From: Hyphochytrium catenoides
Taxonomy: Eukaryota; Protista; Hyphochytriomycota
Length of the DNA: 64,000 nucleotides
Direction of reading: 5' to 3'
Assembly (NCBI GenBank): GCA_900088475.1
Contig: FLMG01000941.1
Span: forward strand, 186,001-250,000
Both the position numbers and the translations under genes were made by a program. The notes beneath the pieces were generated by a model. The model saw only the letters and a list, made by a program, of their open reading frames with translations, ran no database searches and had not been told where the DNA came from. Within the stretch, counting starts at the first letter, position 1, and each line of letters opens with the position of its first letter. Of this stretch, positions 1 through 12,912 are shown one piece after another.

Positions 1-3879
<3,879 letters not shown>

Positions 3880-4220
3880 CTTCCGTTTACTCTGTATGGG
3901 CCGCAACTGCTGTCAGCAAGGCAGAGATGCTTCGCGAAGTGTCTCGTCGACTCTTGATCTATTGTGCCTTACCTTAGAGGCGAGGGCCAGATGCCTGAGC
4001 GGTGGTTTCCTCTCCCCGCTTGTCAGCACCTTCCTTGTTCAGTGAGTGATCTCGGATGTGGAAGAATGTCAACAGATTAGGAGCTCTGTTAAGTAAGTAG
4101 CTGGGGATGCAGCAGGTGATGCAGCAGCGGGTTGAGAGGGAAAACCAGACAGCAGTGAAGACACTTGGCTCAAGAAATCTCTCTTGCTCAACAATGAACA
4201 ACCTCAAACTCTCCTACACT

Positions 4221-4311
4221 CCTCTCTCTCTCTCTCGTCTCTCTCTCTCTCTGTCGCCTGCGCACTCTCTCACACTCTCTCACACTCTCTGTCTGTCTGT
4301 CTGTCTGTCTC

Positions 4312-4360
<49 letters not shown>

Positions 4361-4388
4361 TCTCTCTTATCTCTCTCCCTCTTTCTCC
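4221..4388. repeat. (CT)n/(CTGT)n microsatellite
   Basis: Dinucleotide run read directly. Confidence 0.95.
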
Positions 4389-4808
4389 TTGTCTGTTGGT
4401 CCAGCATTCGGCAGATTCGGCAGCACCCACCAGCCATCATCTCAAACATATCCACTTCTCAACCCGGGTATGACCCGATTACATCATATATAATATAATG
4501 TCTTTCGTTCCATACACCCGGGTATTTAATCGTCACATCCCCCTAACTACTCACCAGGAATAGTACCAATCTACCCGAGACTAGCCCGAGTAGCAAAGCA
4601 CAATACAGACAGCATTCCACATGTACGACGTCCTAATAAATGCCAGAGGCAATATTCCTCTCGATAGTGCCCTTGAGGACAAAGGTTATGATGAAAGTTA
4701 TTCTCCGAAATTTCCATTATGAAACTCTCACTTTTGCAGACCTACCCACGACACAAAGACGTGAGAATTTGTTTCAATGAACGTCAAATTTATAGTTCTA
4801 TTGTGTAC

Positions 4809-5061
4809 TGTTGGAAGGTTGAATGTTTCGTGCCGTTAACAACCTTCCATGTGAATAGTTATCATCTATTGCGGGGCATTGTTCTTCTTAGCGGCTTGGG
4901 ATTCCGATTCCCCGCTTCTGTCCTTGGTAGAAGAGGACTTCGCAATTTTCTCTGTAAGAGAGATCTGCATCTCTAGAATTGCCAATAAAGAGCTCTGTTG
5001 AGCTCCCAGCGCGTCTTCAATAATTGATTATCAAACGGACAGGGGAACCTATCCGTTAACG
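4809..5061 (+). repeat. 5' LTR (TGTTGG...TTAACG)
   Basis: Matches 9332-9584. AATAAA at 4984-4989; hairpin TGGAAGGTTG/CAACCTTCCA at 4812-4849. Confidence 0.95.
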
Positions 5062-5074
5062 TGGTAGCTGAGCG
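5062..5074 (+). other. Primer-binding site, initiator-Met tRNA-like
   Basis: TGGTAGCTGAGCG immediately follows the 5' LTR. TGG is complementary to tRNA CCA, and the site resembles TGGTAGCAGAG/TGGTATCAGAGC tRNA-iMet PBSs. Confidence 0.7.
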
Positions 5075-5085
5075 TTCTCCGTGCC

Positions 5086-6897
5086 ATGAGAAAGCTCAAT
5101 CGATTGGAGAAGAACCGGCGTCGCAACGTATCCTTTGTTCGGAGAGAATCGGGTGAAGGATCGCAAGCTGGTCGGATTACCAGATCTGAAGGTCAGTCAG
5201 AAGAGCAACCAGAGATGGATAGTGCCTCTTTGGTGAATCAGATGGCTACCCTAAGGGGAGAGGTAAAAGGGATGACATCCACTTTTCAACGAACAGTTAA
5301 GAAGCTGGATAAGTCCATGAAAAGCATGGGCAAGAGGGTTATGAAACTCAAAGAGGAGTTAAAAGACCTCAAGCTTGCTCGGGTAACAGGAAGAACTGAG
5401 TTAGAGGGTGCAGCAAGCCCTAGGAGCTCGGCGAGGCAGAGACCAGCTAAACGTGTGCGCTTTGCTGTTGATCCTCAGCCTTCTTCTTCGGATGGGGCAT
5501 CTTCTTCTTCTATCAATGAGGATAGAATGGATGTCACTGAAGAAGAAGTAGAGCAAGGTCCAGTGAATGCTGCACACACTGGCTCTTCTGCAGAGGCTGG
5601 GACAAGTGGAGCTGCTTCATCTCTATTATCTTCTTCTGGGAAGGATGATTCTTCTAATTCTGAACCGGAGGTTGATCCTGAGGACAGTGCTGACTCATCT
5701 GCTGACTCCTCAGATGAGGAAGAAGAATATGATGAGCAGGTAATGGCTGTTCTTGGAGATTCACAAACCCCTACTGGTTCAAGTCCAGCGTTGACAGGTG
5801 ATGGAAGAGCCATCGCTAGACCAACAGGGAGATTAGAGAATCTCTCACAGATTCCTGACCTTTATGGTTATGAAGGGGATAAAGGTGAGCATCCAAATAT
5901 CAAGGCGTACTTTACGCGCTTTGATAGGATTACAGATGCGAATAACTATTCACCAGAGCAGAAATTGCTGGCTCTGACCCTTAAGGCCAAGGGCAAGGCC
6001 AAAGTTTACATAGAGACCTTGGCATTGAAGGAGGACTTAACATCCTACAAGAGGCTATCAAAAGCCTTATTGCAGTATTTCAACGTTAAGGTTCATCCTT
6101 CAGAGATGGAAGTAGCCAAAGCTTTTTCAGAATTAGACAGAATGGTGCCTACGGCTGCTATTAAGTCTTTCCAAGAATGGCAGGACTTCATTTTTGAGAA
6201 ACATGGAGCACTTATAAAACTGAGGAGGGTACACAGGGAGAACAAACTAAAAAGCCCCAAGTATTCCTTCTTGGCCTCGTGCTTCGTAAATGGCCTGACG
6301 GATGAAGAGAAAAGGTCTTTGAATCCCACGGTATCTAAAGTGAAGAGCAAGGCCGATCTTAATAAACTAGCAGAAGAGTTGAAAACATTACGGTCGTTGC
6401 CAATGGCCAAGGAGAGGAAACGGAAGCGGTTCGAGAATGAGAGAGAGGAAATTAAACCTCAAGGACCTCGACCATCGACGGACTCTCCTAAGGTTAGTCT
6501 CTCAAAAGTACAATGCTACAATTGCGGTGATTATGGCCATAGAAGGGACACATGTCGTCAACCTAAGGTTTCTCAAGATGTTATTTTGGAGAAAAGACGT
6601 GAATTTCTCAAAAGACAGCGTCGTGACGCACAGCGTGGACCGAAGGACCACAGTGATGATCAATCATCTAAGAACCGAGAGGCTAAGTGTACGTTCTGTG
6701 ACGGGAAAGGCAAACCACACTGTGAAGCTAATTGTCCTGAGCGCAAGTGGGCCAAGAAGCTTGTTGCCAGAGCTAAAGAAGAGCAACGACTGAAGATCAA
6801 AAAGTTCCACAAATCCGATTCTGGGGAAGGCGGGCCCAAAGAGGAGCCTCGCCAGCCTCTAGACGGGGGTTTGGGAAACGACAGCCGGAGCTGCTGA
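5086..6897 (+). CDS. gag: Retrotransposon Gag-like protein (603 aa)
   Basis: Intronless ORF inside the LTRs. N-terminal coiled-coil, capsid-like YFTRFDRI segment, CCHC knuckle CYNCGDYGHRRDTC and a second knuckle CTFCDGKGKPHCEANC. Confidence 0.9.
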   Translation: MRKLNRLEKNRRRNVSFVRRESGEGSQAGRITRSEGQSEEQPEMDSASLVNQMATLRGEVKGMTSTFQRTVKKLDKSMKSMGKRVMKLKEELKDLKLARVTGRTELEGAASPRSSARQRPAKRVRFAVDPQPSSSDGASSSSINEDRMDVTEEEVEQGPVNAAHTGSSAEAGTSGAASSLLSSSGKDDSSNSEPEVDPEDSADSSADSSDEEEEYDEQVMAVLGDSQTPTGSSPALTGDGRAIARPTGRLENLSQIPDLYGYEGDKGEHPNIKAYFTRFDRITDANNYSPEQKLLALTLKAKGKAKVYIETLALKEDLTSYKRLSKALLQYFNVKVHPSEMEVAKAFSELDRMVPTAAIKSFQEWQDFIFEKHGALIKLRRVHRENKLKSPKYSFLASCFVNGLTDEEKRSLNPTVSKVKSKADLNKLAEELKTLRSLPMAKERKRKRFENEREEIKPQGPRPSTDSPKVSLSKVQCYNCGDYGHRRDTCRQPKVSQDVILEKRREFLKRQRRDAQRGPKDHSDDQSSKNREAKCTFCDGKGKPHCEANCPERKWAKKLVARAKEEQRLKIKKFHKSDSGEGGPKEEPRQPLDGGLGNDSRSC

Positions 6898-6931
6898 ATG
6901 CGGGGAGGGAGCTCCGGGAGGATAAGCCCTC
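6873..6931 (+). promoter_or_regulatory. Putative -1 programmed ribosomal frameshift signal
   Basis: G_GGA_AAC in the gag frame (6873-6879), 5-nt spacer, then stem CCGGAGCT (6885-6892)/AGCTCCGG (6910-6917). Loop GAGGG (6905-6909) can pair with CCCTC (6927-6931). Confidence 0.7.
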
Positions 6932-7108
6932 TGTCTTTTCGAAGGTAGAGGACGTCCCCGTAAAGTATTTAAAGACAATAGATGGATGTTTGATAGATGT
7001 TACATTATCCTCGGGAGATATGGTTAAGGAGAAGCAGTACAGTCTCGTCAGAATGAGGAAGGGAAAGAGCCCATACCTCAGCTACGAGAAAGAGCTCGTA
7101 GTGAACGG

Positions 7109-9241
7109 ATGAGAGAAAGAGCTCGTCATCCAGGGAAAGAGCCCGTACATGAACAGCGAGAAGGAGCTCGTGGTTGTTATACGCGAGAAAGAGCTCGTGT
7201 TGAACAAAAAAGCGGGAAGCAAAGAGGCTTACCCGAAGACGATAGGGAGCAAAGAGGCTCTCTGATTGATGACCAATATGACTTTGCAAAGGCAAGGAGG
7301 CCAGGGCAAGCAGTTGGCCATGATTCCTTATTCGACGGAAGAGAGGCGAAGGTCCGAGGCGTTCAGCGGGGGAGTAGTGCTGGTATTACTTCTGGTGAAG
7401 GAGACAGAGGCAAGGGCCCTGCCAATGAAGCTCCTACATTCAGAGGTAGTAATATTAGTGCTGATCCCAAGTCTGACGAGGGACAAAGAGGCCTAGTCGA
7501 AGAGAAGGAAGAGGTTAGGTGCTTCACTGATAGCCGAGAACGTCGTCAGATAGATCTCTGGGGGGAGAAGAATCTGGCTGATGTCTTGTCTAACAGTTTG
7601 GAGTTTGACCTACCTCAAACCCCCCGATATATAGGTAGAGCGATGTCGCTGTCGGAGGCTAGACAAGAGATCGTTGCAAAGACAGCAGCCTCTAAGGAGC
7701 GGGATGGACAGGTGAGAGAAGAAGAGAACAGAAAGACGAGTAAGGGTTCTGGCTATTCAGGTGGAATGAGCTTAGCTCCTGAAGCTTCTGTCAAAGCAGT
7801 TCGAAGTGACAATAGGTCACTAGAGCTGAAGACCGGAGCTTGTGAAGGAGGATCGCCGTTCGCCAAGAATAGTTTAGGAGCTGGATCGTCACAGCTCTCT
7901 GATGAAGCTCGCAGCTTGTCCAGCTCTGAAAGAGAGGGAGGAAAGGCATCGGGAGTCCAGCAGGCAAGCTCTGTGGCAGACGAGATGCAAGGCTCAGAAG
8001 GGAACGCTAATGTCATTGAACCGGGATTAGGTGATGTGATTCCCCTTCTAGAGCAACTCAGAGTGGTAATTCCAGCTAGGTTAAGACATTGGCTCATGGA
8101 GGAGACTCATTGTAGTCCTCTAGCTGGAGGTCATTTAGGGATTACGAAGACTTATGAAAAGCTTCGTAGACGATTCTATTGGCCGAATATGTACCGAGAC
8201 GTGAAGCAGTTCATATCGAGCTGTTTGCTTTGTGCTAAACACCCATTCAGCAGGAAGACGCAAGGGGAGATAACTTCATGGAAGGCCACTTACCCTAACG
8301 AGAGCATCCAGGTGGACTTCATTGGTCCTCTCAAGTGCTCCAGGTCTGGCAACATCTACATCCTCGTGATCATTGACGTCTTCTCTCGATGGGCTGAAGC
8401 ATATGCAGTGAGAAGCACTGAAGCCAAAGTGGTGGCCAGGATAATTGTTGGAGAATGGATTGCTCGGTACTCAGTCCCTAAGGTGATCCTTACGGACAGC
8501 GCTAATTCTCTGAATCGGTCGAAGATTATGGAGGAGGTTAATTCCTTGCTTGGTTCTCAAGGGAAGGCAGGTGTCCCCTACTCTCACGGAGCGACAGCAG
8601 CAGCAGAGAGGGTGATCAGAACAATTCGTAGCTTTCTGAAAAAGTATGTCAACGAGGACCATACTGACTGGGATGAGAACATCAATCTTTTGATGGGTGC
8701 TTACCGCATGTCTCAGCACAGCACAACGCAGTTCTCTCCTTTCAGACTCTTCTTCGGTAGAGAACCAAGACTTCCTTCGGACCTTATCCTGGAGACGGAG
8801 TTTGGAGAAGCTAAGTTTGAAAGTATGTCTGACTACGTGCAGGAAAGTCTCAGACAGTACCGCAAGGCCCTCTTGGAGGCTAATCTGAATACTGAACGAG
8901 CTCAGGAGCTTCAGGAGCTGTATCACAATACTGAGGTGCTTAAGCACAGAGTCACTCCTACCTTTCAACCTGGGCAAAAGGTACTTAGATATATACCTGT
9001 GAAGGCTGCAGGTCAGACCAAAAAGTTGGAGACGTTCTGGATTGGGCCTTATGAAGTCATCAGACAGATGAGTCCCGTCATTTATGAGATCAAGCCAACG
9101 AGAGAGTTGATCCAGACATGGCAAGAGAAAGGCCTAAGAAAGCAATGGGGCAGGAAAGCTGTCCACGTCAAGCATCTGAAAGCGTATCCTACTCCGTCAT
9201 CTCCTCCAACCTGTATTCCTTCTACTGGGACAAGTACTTAA
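7109..9241 (+). CDS. Integrase-containing ORF: about 310-aa low-complexity N-terminus, then HHCC, rve core and GPY/F tail
   Basis: THCSPLAGGHLGITKTYEKLRRRFYWP...CLLC; VDFIGP, LTDS and AERVIRT supply the D,D,E residues; WIGPYEV near the end. The frame is open from 7028. No YxDD RT motif and no D(T/S)G protease motif seen. Confidence 0.9.
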   Translation: MRERARHPGKEPVHEQREGARGCYTRERARVEQKSGKQRGLPEDDREQRGSLIDDQYDFAKARRPGQAVGHDSLFDGREAKVRGVQRGSSAGITSGEGDRGKGPANEAPTFRGSNISADPKSDEGQRGLVEEKEEVRCFTDSRERRQIDLWGEKNLADVLSNSLEFDLPQTPRYIGRAMSLSEARQEIVAKTAASKERDGQVREEENRKTSKGSGYSGGMSLAPEASVKAVRSDNRSLELKTGACEGGSPFAKNSLGAGSSQLSDEARSLSSSEREGGKASGVQQASSVADEMQGSEGNANVIEPGLGDVIPLLEQLRVVIPARLRHWLMEETHCSPLAGGHLGITKTYEKLRRRFYWPNMYRDVKQFISSCLLCAKHPFSRKTQGEITSWKATYPNESIQVDFIGPLKCSRSGNIYILVIIDVFSRWAEAYAVRSTEAKVVARIIVGEWIARYSVPKVILTDSANSLNRSKIMEEVNSLLGSQGKAGVPYSHGATAAAERVIRTIRSFLKKYVNEDHTDWDENINLLMGAYRMSQHSTTQFSPFRLFFGREPRLPSDLILETEFGEAKFESMSDYVQESLRQYRKALLEANLNTERAQELQELYHNTEVLKHRVTPTFQPGQKVLRYIPVKAAGQTKKLETFWIGPYEVIRQMSPVIYEIKPTRELIQTWQEKGLRKQWGRKAVHVKHLKAYPTPSSPPTCIPSTGTST

Positions 9242-9320
9242 GCTTCCTCTGCTCACTTCCCTAGATGCTATTGAATTGTTTGAGACTGGTGAGAAAGAGC
9301 TCATCGAGTCTTCCTCAGTT

Positions 9321-9331
9321 CAGCGGGGGAG
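9321..9331 (+). other. Polypurine tract adjacent to 3' LTR
   Basis: CAGCGGGGGAG lies directly before the TG of the 3' LTR. Confidence 0.75.
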
Positions 9332-9584
9332 TGTTGGAAGGTTGAATGTTTCGTGCCGTTAACAACCTTCCATGTGAATAGTTATCATCTATTGCGGGGC
9401 ATTGTTCTTCTTAGCGGCTTGGGATTCCGATTCCCCGCTTCTGTCCTTGGTAGAAGAGGACTTCGCAATTTTCTCTGTAAGAGAGATCTGCATCTCTAGA
9501 ATTGCCAATAAAGAGCTCTGTTGAGCTCCCAGCGCGTCTTCAATAATTGATTATCAAACGGACAGGGGAACCTATCCGTTAACG
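9332..9584 (+). repeat. 3' LTR
   Basis: Direct repeat of 4809-5061, followed by GTAC. Confidence 0.95.
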
Positions 9585-9872
9585 GTACTCGTAAGCACTG
9601 AAAGAAAGATGGGTGGCAACATTTTTGTTTCAATGAAATTGAAAAAAACAAGTGTCGTAAGGCCTTACGTTCCTGTTGTTTTTCATTGAAAGCTGAAGAA
9701 GTTGGCGAAGTCTCTCTCTCACTGACAACTTCCACCTCTTTCAGCCCACGCTGTCAGAAATTCAGAGCTCAGACGCAGAACTGAAGCTTCGAATTCGCAT
9801 CTCTACATGGTATTCTATCACATTTAGTATAGGAGGGAGGGATCTCACGCCATCCCTGACTTGCAAGAGAAA

Positions 9873-11090
9873 ATGTATGCTTCACTGCTAGAGTTTGATG
9901 CAACTGAAAACCCATCTTGGCGTAAGAATGGCGTTCCTTCGACGTCAAAGATGTTAGAGCAAATTGAGGCCTGGGTGGTAGAGTCTGAGGGTTTACCAGA
10001 TTCAGCAAAGCAGTTTGTCAACGAGGTATTCGTGAAGTCCATGGTCGTGAACTATGTGCTCATCTCCAACATGTATGAAAACGTGGGAACCAAGTCGCTT
10101 GCAGACACGCAGAGTGTGATTCAGGATCAACTCAAAGCCTCAGCCGCGAAGGAAAAGGACCGGGACTCTTCTACTGCTGAACGCATCAAAGAAAAAGAGA
10201 CGCTGCAGACATATTTGGCTTTGACGAAGTTCCATGAGCTGTTTCTGCGGAAAGATAAGGAGAACCACGATGGACCAGAGCCTTACAGAAAGACTCATTC
10301 GAGCTTTATAAGTGAAGAGGAGCTCTGTGCCATTCACAAGGTGCTAATGGATGGTCTGACAAAGGAGCCTACAGCAGCAGGAAGAACTCGTCGCGGCTTT
10401 GATACCGTCTCCACTAGAGATAATAATGGGGAGGTTTTCTACTATCCCGACCCGAAGGATGTCGATTGGATGATGGACGGGTTTGTCAACAGATTCAACC
10501 TCTTACTCGATACACTCCACAGTCGGAACTCCAAAATCAAGTATTACTTCAACCTTTGTGGATGGGCACTTTTGAACTTTCTCACGATCCATCCATTTGT
10601 CGATGGTAATGGACGTATGGGTAGACTATTGGTGAATCACGTCCTACGGTTGTTCACTCCATTCCCCGTCAACATGGGATTAGGTATGGATGTGGCCAGG
10701 AGTGAGTATTTAAAGGCGCTCTCTGAATGCCAAAGAAGTCACTTCGAGCTAGGCCATCCTGCCGATCTCACGGCAATGATCATCGAAGGAGCCTGGCGCG
10801 GCTGGCGCGATCTCTACAGTAACTTGGATCGTCTCGGGCTGCGAAAAGAACACAGAGTCTTTCGAGGAGAGGTATTCATCGCTGATCTGCACGATTTGTG
10901 TAGCAAGTATAGGAAGCTTCGAAAAGTAGCCGATCTGGACTCTTTTCAACAAGACGAAGAAGTAAACTTGTTGAGAAAAGGGATTGAAGAGATGTTAGAG
11001 AAGGGCAAGAGTAGAGGGGTGGTTATGCTTCTGAAAGACTCCTATTGCAAAGTAGAACTCTACCTGCCACATCAAAATATTGAGGGATAA
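9873..11090 (+). CDS. Fic/DOC-domain protein (putative AMPylase, class II with N-terminal inhibitory motif)
   Basis: Canonical HPFVDGNGRMGR motif, LCAIHKVLM helix, and SNMYEN matching (S/T)xxxE(G/N). Uninterrupted ORF with first ATG at 9873; an upstream exon is possible. Confidence 0.9.
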   Translation: MYASLLEFDATENPSWRKNGVPSTSKMLEQIEAWVVESEGLPDSAKQFVNEVFVKSMVVNYVLISNMYENVGTKSLADTQSVIQDQLKASAAKEKDRDSSTAERIKEKETLQTYLALTKFHELFLRKDKENHDGPEPYRKTHSSFISEEELCAIHKVLMDGLTKEPTAAGRTRRGFDTVSTRDNNGEVFYYPDPKDVDWMMDGFVNRFNLLLDTLHSRNSKIKYYFNLCGWALLNFLTIHPFVDGNGRMGRLLVNHVLRLFTPFPVNMGLGMDVARSEYLKALSECQRSHFELGHPADLTAMIIEGAWRGWRDLYSNLDRLGLRKEHRVFRGEVFIADLHDLCSKYRKLRKVADLDSFQQDEEVNLLRKGIEEMLEKGKSRGVVMLLKDSYCKVELYLPHQNIEG

Positions 11091-12039
11091 GTGCCAACTT
11101 TCTGTCGAGGACACAATATGAGGAGGCTAAGGTAAGCTCAGGACACTTCATTCTTATCAAACTTAACAAGGTTTCTAGCTAGAGTCTTTCTTTACCAGCG
11201 AATTACGATGTAGTAGGACAAATGCTCTCATGAAAGCTCTCTTTTCCTCTATAGATGCCCGTTGTTGTCACATTCAAAAGCAGACTTATGCTGCAACCAA
11301 CAGCAGTGTCTCCCGCTAGTTAATGTTGTATTGAGCCGTTCTCCCGAGTCTGCACACCTCACACACTCTCTGCATTTTTATTTTACAGAGGCTCTCGCAA
11401 TGCTTATGAAGTAGGAGACCTGGTCCAGATAAAAAACACCCTTCCAGTACAGCTTTTCTTTTACATCTCTGCTCAAGACTCGTCGTCGACTACTGTTTTT
11501 ATAAAAATAAAGAGGAAGGAAGATATGAAATATTATGCACTACTAAAAAAAAGGAAGAGAAACAACAAGAGAGACAAGTAAGAAGGCCAGACAGGGAAGA
11601 AAAGAAAGGAAAGAAGCATGAGGGAGCTGGCCGGGGAGGATCCTCAGGTAGCGGCTGCGGGTGTGGCGGCGGGAACTCCGACGAAGATGAAGCGGCGAAT
11701 TCCTCGTCCTCACCAATAATGCGAGAGAGAAAAAATTCTTGATTCTCCGCTGGAACGACAGCCGGTTTTTCTCCAAACAACGTCGTCAACCTTATGTACT
11801 TTCTTTCTTCTTTCCGTCGGCACGACCTACCTCATCTTACGACCTCATCCTAGATCACCAACTATACAACGAGAAAGAATCCTATGTAGAACTGATTGTC
11901 GGTTATTAGGTCATATTATTATCTGTCTCGGTTTCGTCTTTGGCGTTGGGCTAGTGGGTCATGAGCTCGGGGCAGCTGTTCTTCTATTGTGTAGCTTGTT
12001 GTGTCTCTTGATTGATTGATTGTCCTCTCTATGAAGTGT

Positions 12040-12260
12040 GGAGATTAGCCCCTCATTCAGGCTGGTGAATCCAGCGGTCTTGAGCTTGGCAGCATAGAAG
12101 AGAGCGGTACAAGCGTAGGCAATAAGATCCGAAAGCTTGAACTCTCGTCGGCTGCAGCAGGCACGGTTCTTTTGTCGACAAAAAAAAACGACTCTCTTTT
12201 TGCTCCAGATTGCAGCCATTGGAGTTGGGAGTTTTCTTCGCATACCGTTATTTTTCAGCA
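12040..12260 (+). pseudogene. Possible decayed pogo/Tc5 (DDE_1) transposase fragment
   Basis: One frame with several stops reads SGW*...AW...LVGCSRHGSF...SRLQPLELGVF, echoing the GW / LxxDGHxSH / LQPLDxGVF motif order. Confidence 0.3.
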
Positions 12261-12912
12261 AGAATGCTAACAAAGCGTGGGTGGTGCTGGTTCATCTGCT
12301 GCAAAACTCTCTGGAAGGAGTATACTATCCCCACTCAAGCCACAGCCGCTTGTTCATTGGATAGTCTGCCTTTTAGCTAGTGAGTGACCTTGTAGTTCTT
12401 CTAACGAAGAGTATCTTCTACGAGCAATTTGTCCTTCTTTAACCTCTAATTCGACCATAACGGCATGGTAAGGACCGCAACTTCATTATCCTGTCCAGAA
12501 GGCGCTGTCACCATCTGCTGGACACACAGCAATCTGAAAAGTCTGAACAGCGAGATGTGACCGCTTCCGCTGAGAAACCTTGTACTAGGGTACGCAAACA
12601 TTAGAGGAGCAAGTGTGGCTAGAAGAAATAATGCACTGCATTAATACTTAGGGCGATCTGTGTACGCAAGACAGGTATTCCAATAGCTCGTGTCATAGTC
12701 TCAACCTCAATATGGACATGAGAGCCGACTAATGTGACTGACAGGCAATATTTGGCAATAGTTGCCCATGACATTAACCGCCTATTGTCTCCCTGTATGC
12801 CTTGTGAGGGATTACGTTGGTAATGCAACCTCAGCCAAGGAAATAATAGGGACAAGTTAGGCAATCACCACATTGATCTGGCTCAAGCATCTCCGCTCAA
12901 TCTTCCTTGAGG

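Larger units (their letters stand above)
4809..9584 (+). mobile_element. Ty3/Gypsy-like LTR retrotransposon, non-autonomous (gag + integrase; no recognisable PR/RT/RNase H), 4776 bp
   Basis: Two 253-bp direct repeats, identical by eye. GTAC lies on both sides (4805-4808, 9585-9588). PBS, PPT, CCHC Gag and a GPY/F-type integrase are present. Confidence 0.95.

Noticed and set aside
4107-4498. ORFs rich in SL/ER repeats here and at 14.1-14.6, 19.2-20.2, 28.6-28.9, 31.5-31.9, 37.5-37.8, 48.2-48.5, 50.2-50.5 and 58.9-59.3 kb
   Set aside because: They are translations of (CT/GA)n microsatellites, not genes.
6960-7020. CLIDVT in the -1 frame as a retropepsin active site
   Set aside because: Lacks D(T/S)G and the downstream ILG motif; at best a remnant.
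7061-7205. Spaced 12-bp repeats as a CRISPR-like array
   Set aside because: Too short and irregular, inside a retrotransposon ORF, eukaryotic context and no cas genes.
8471-9124. 217-aa antisense ORF over the integrase
   Set aside because: No motifs; most likely a shadow of the sense ORF.
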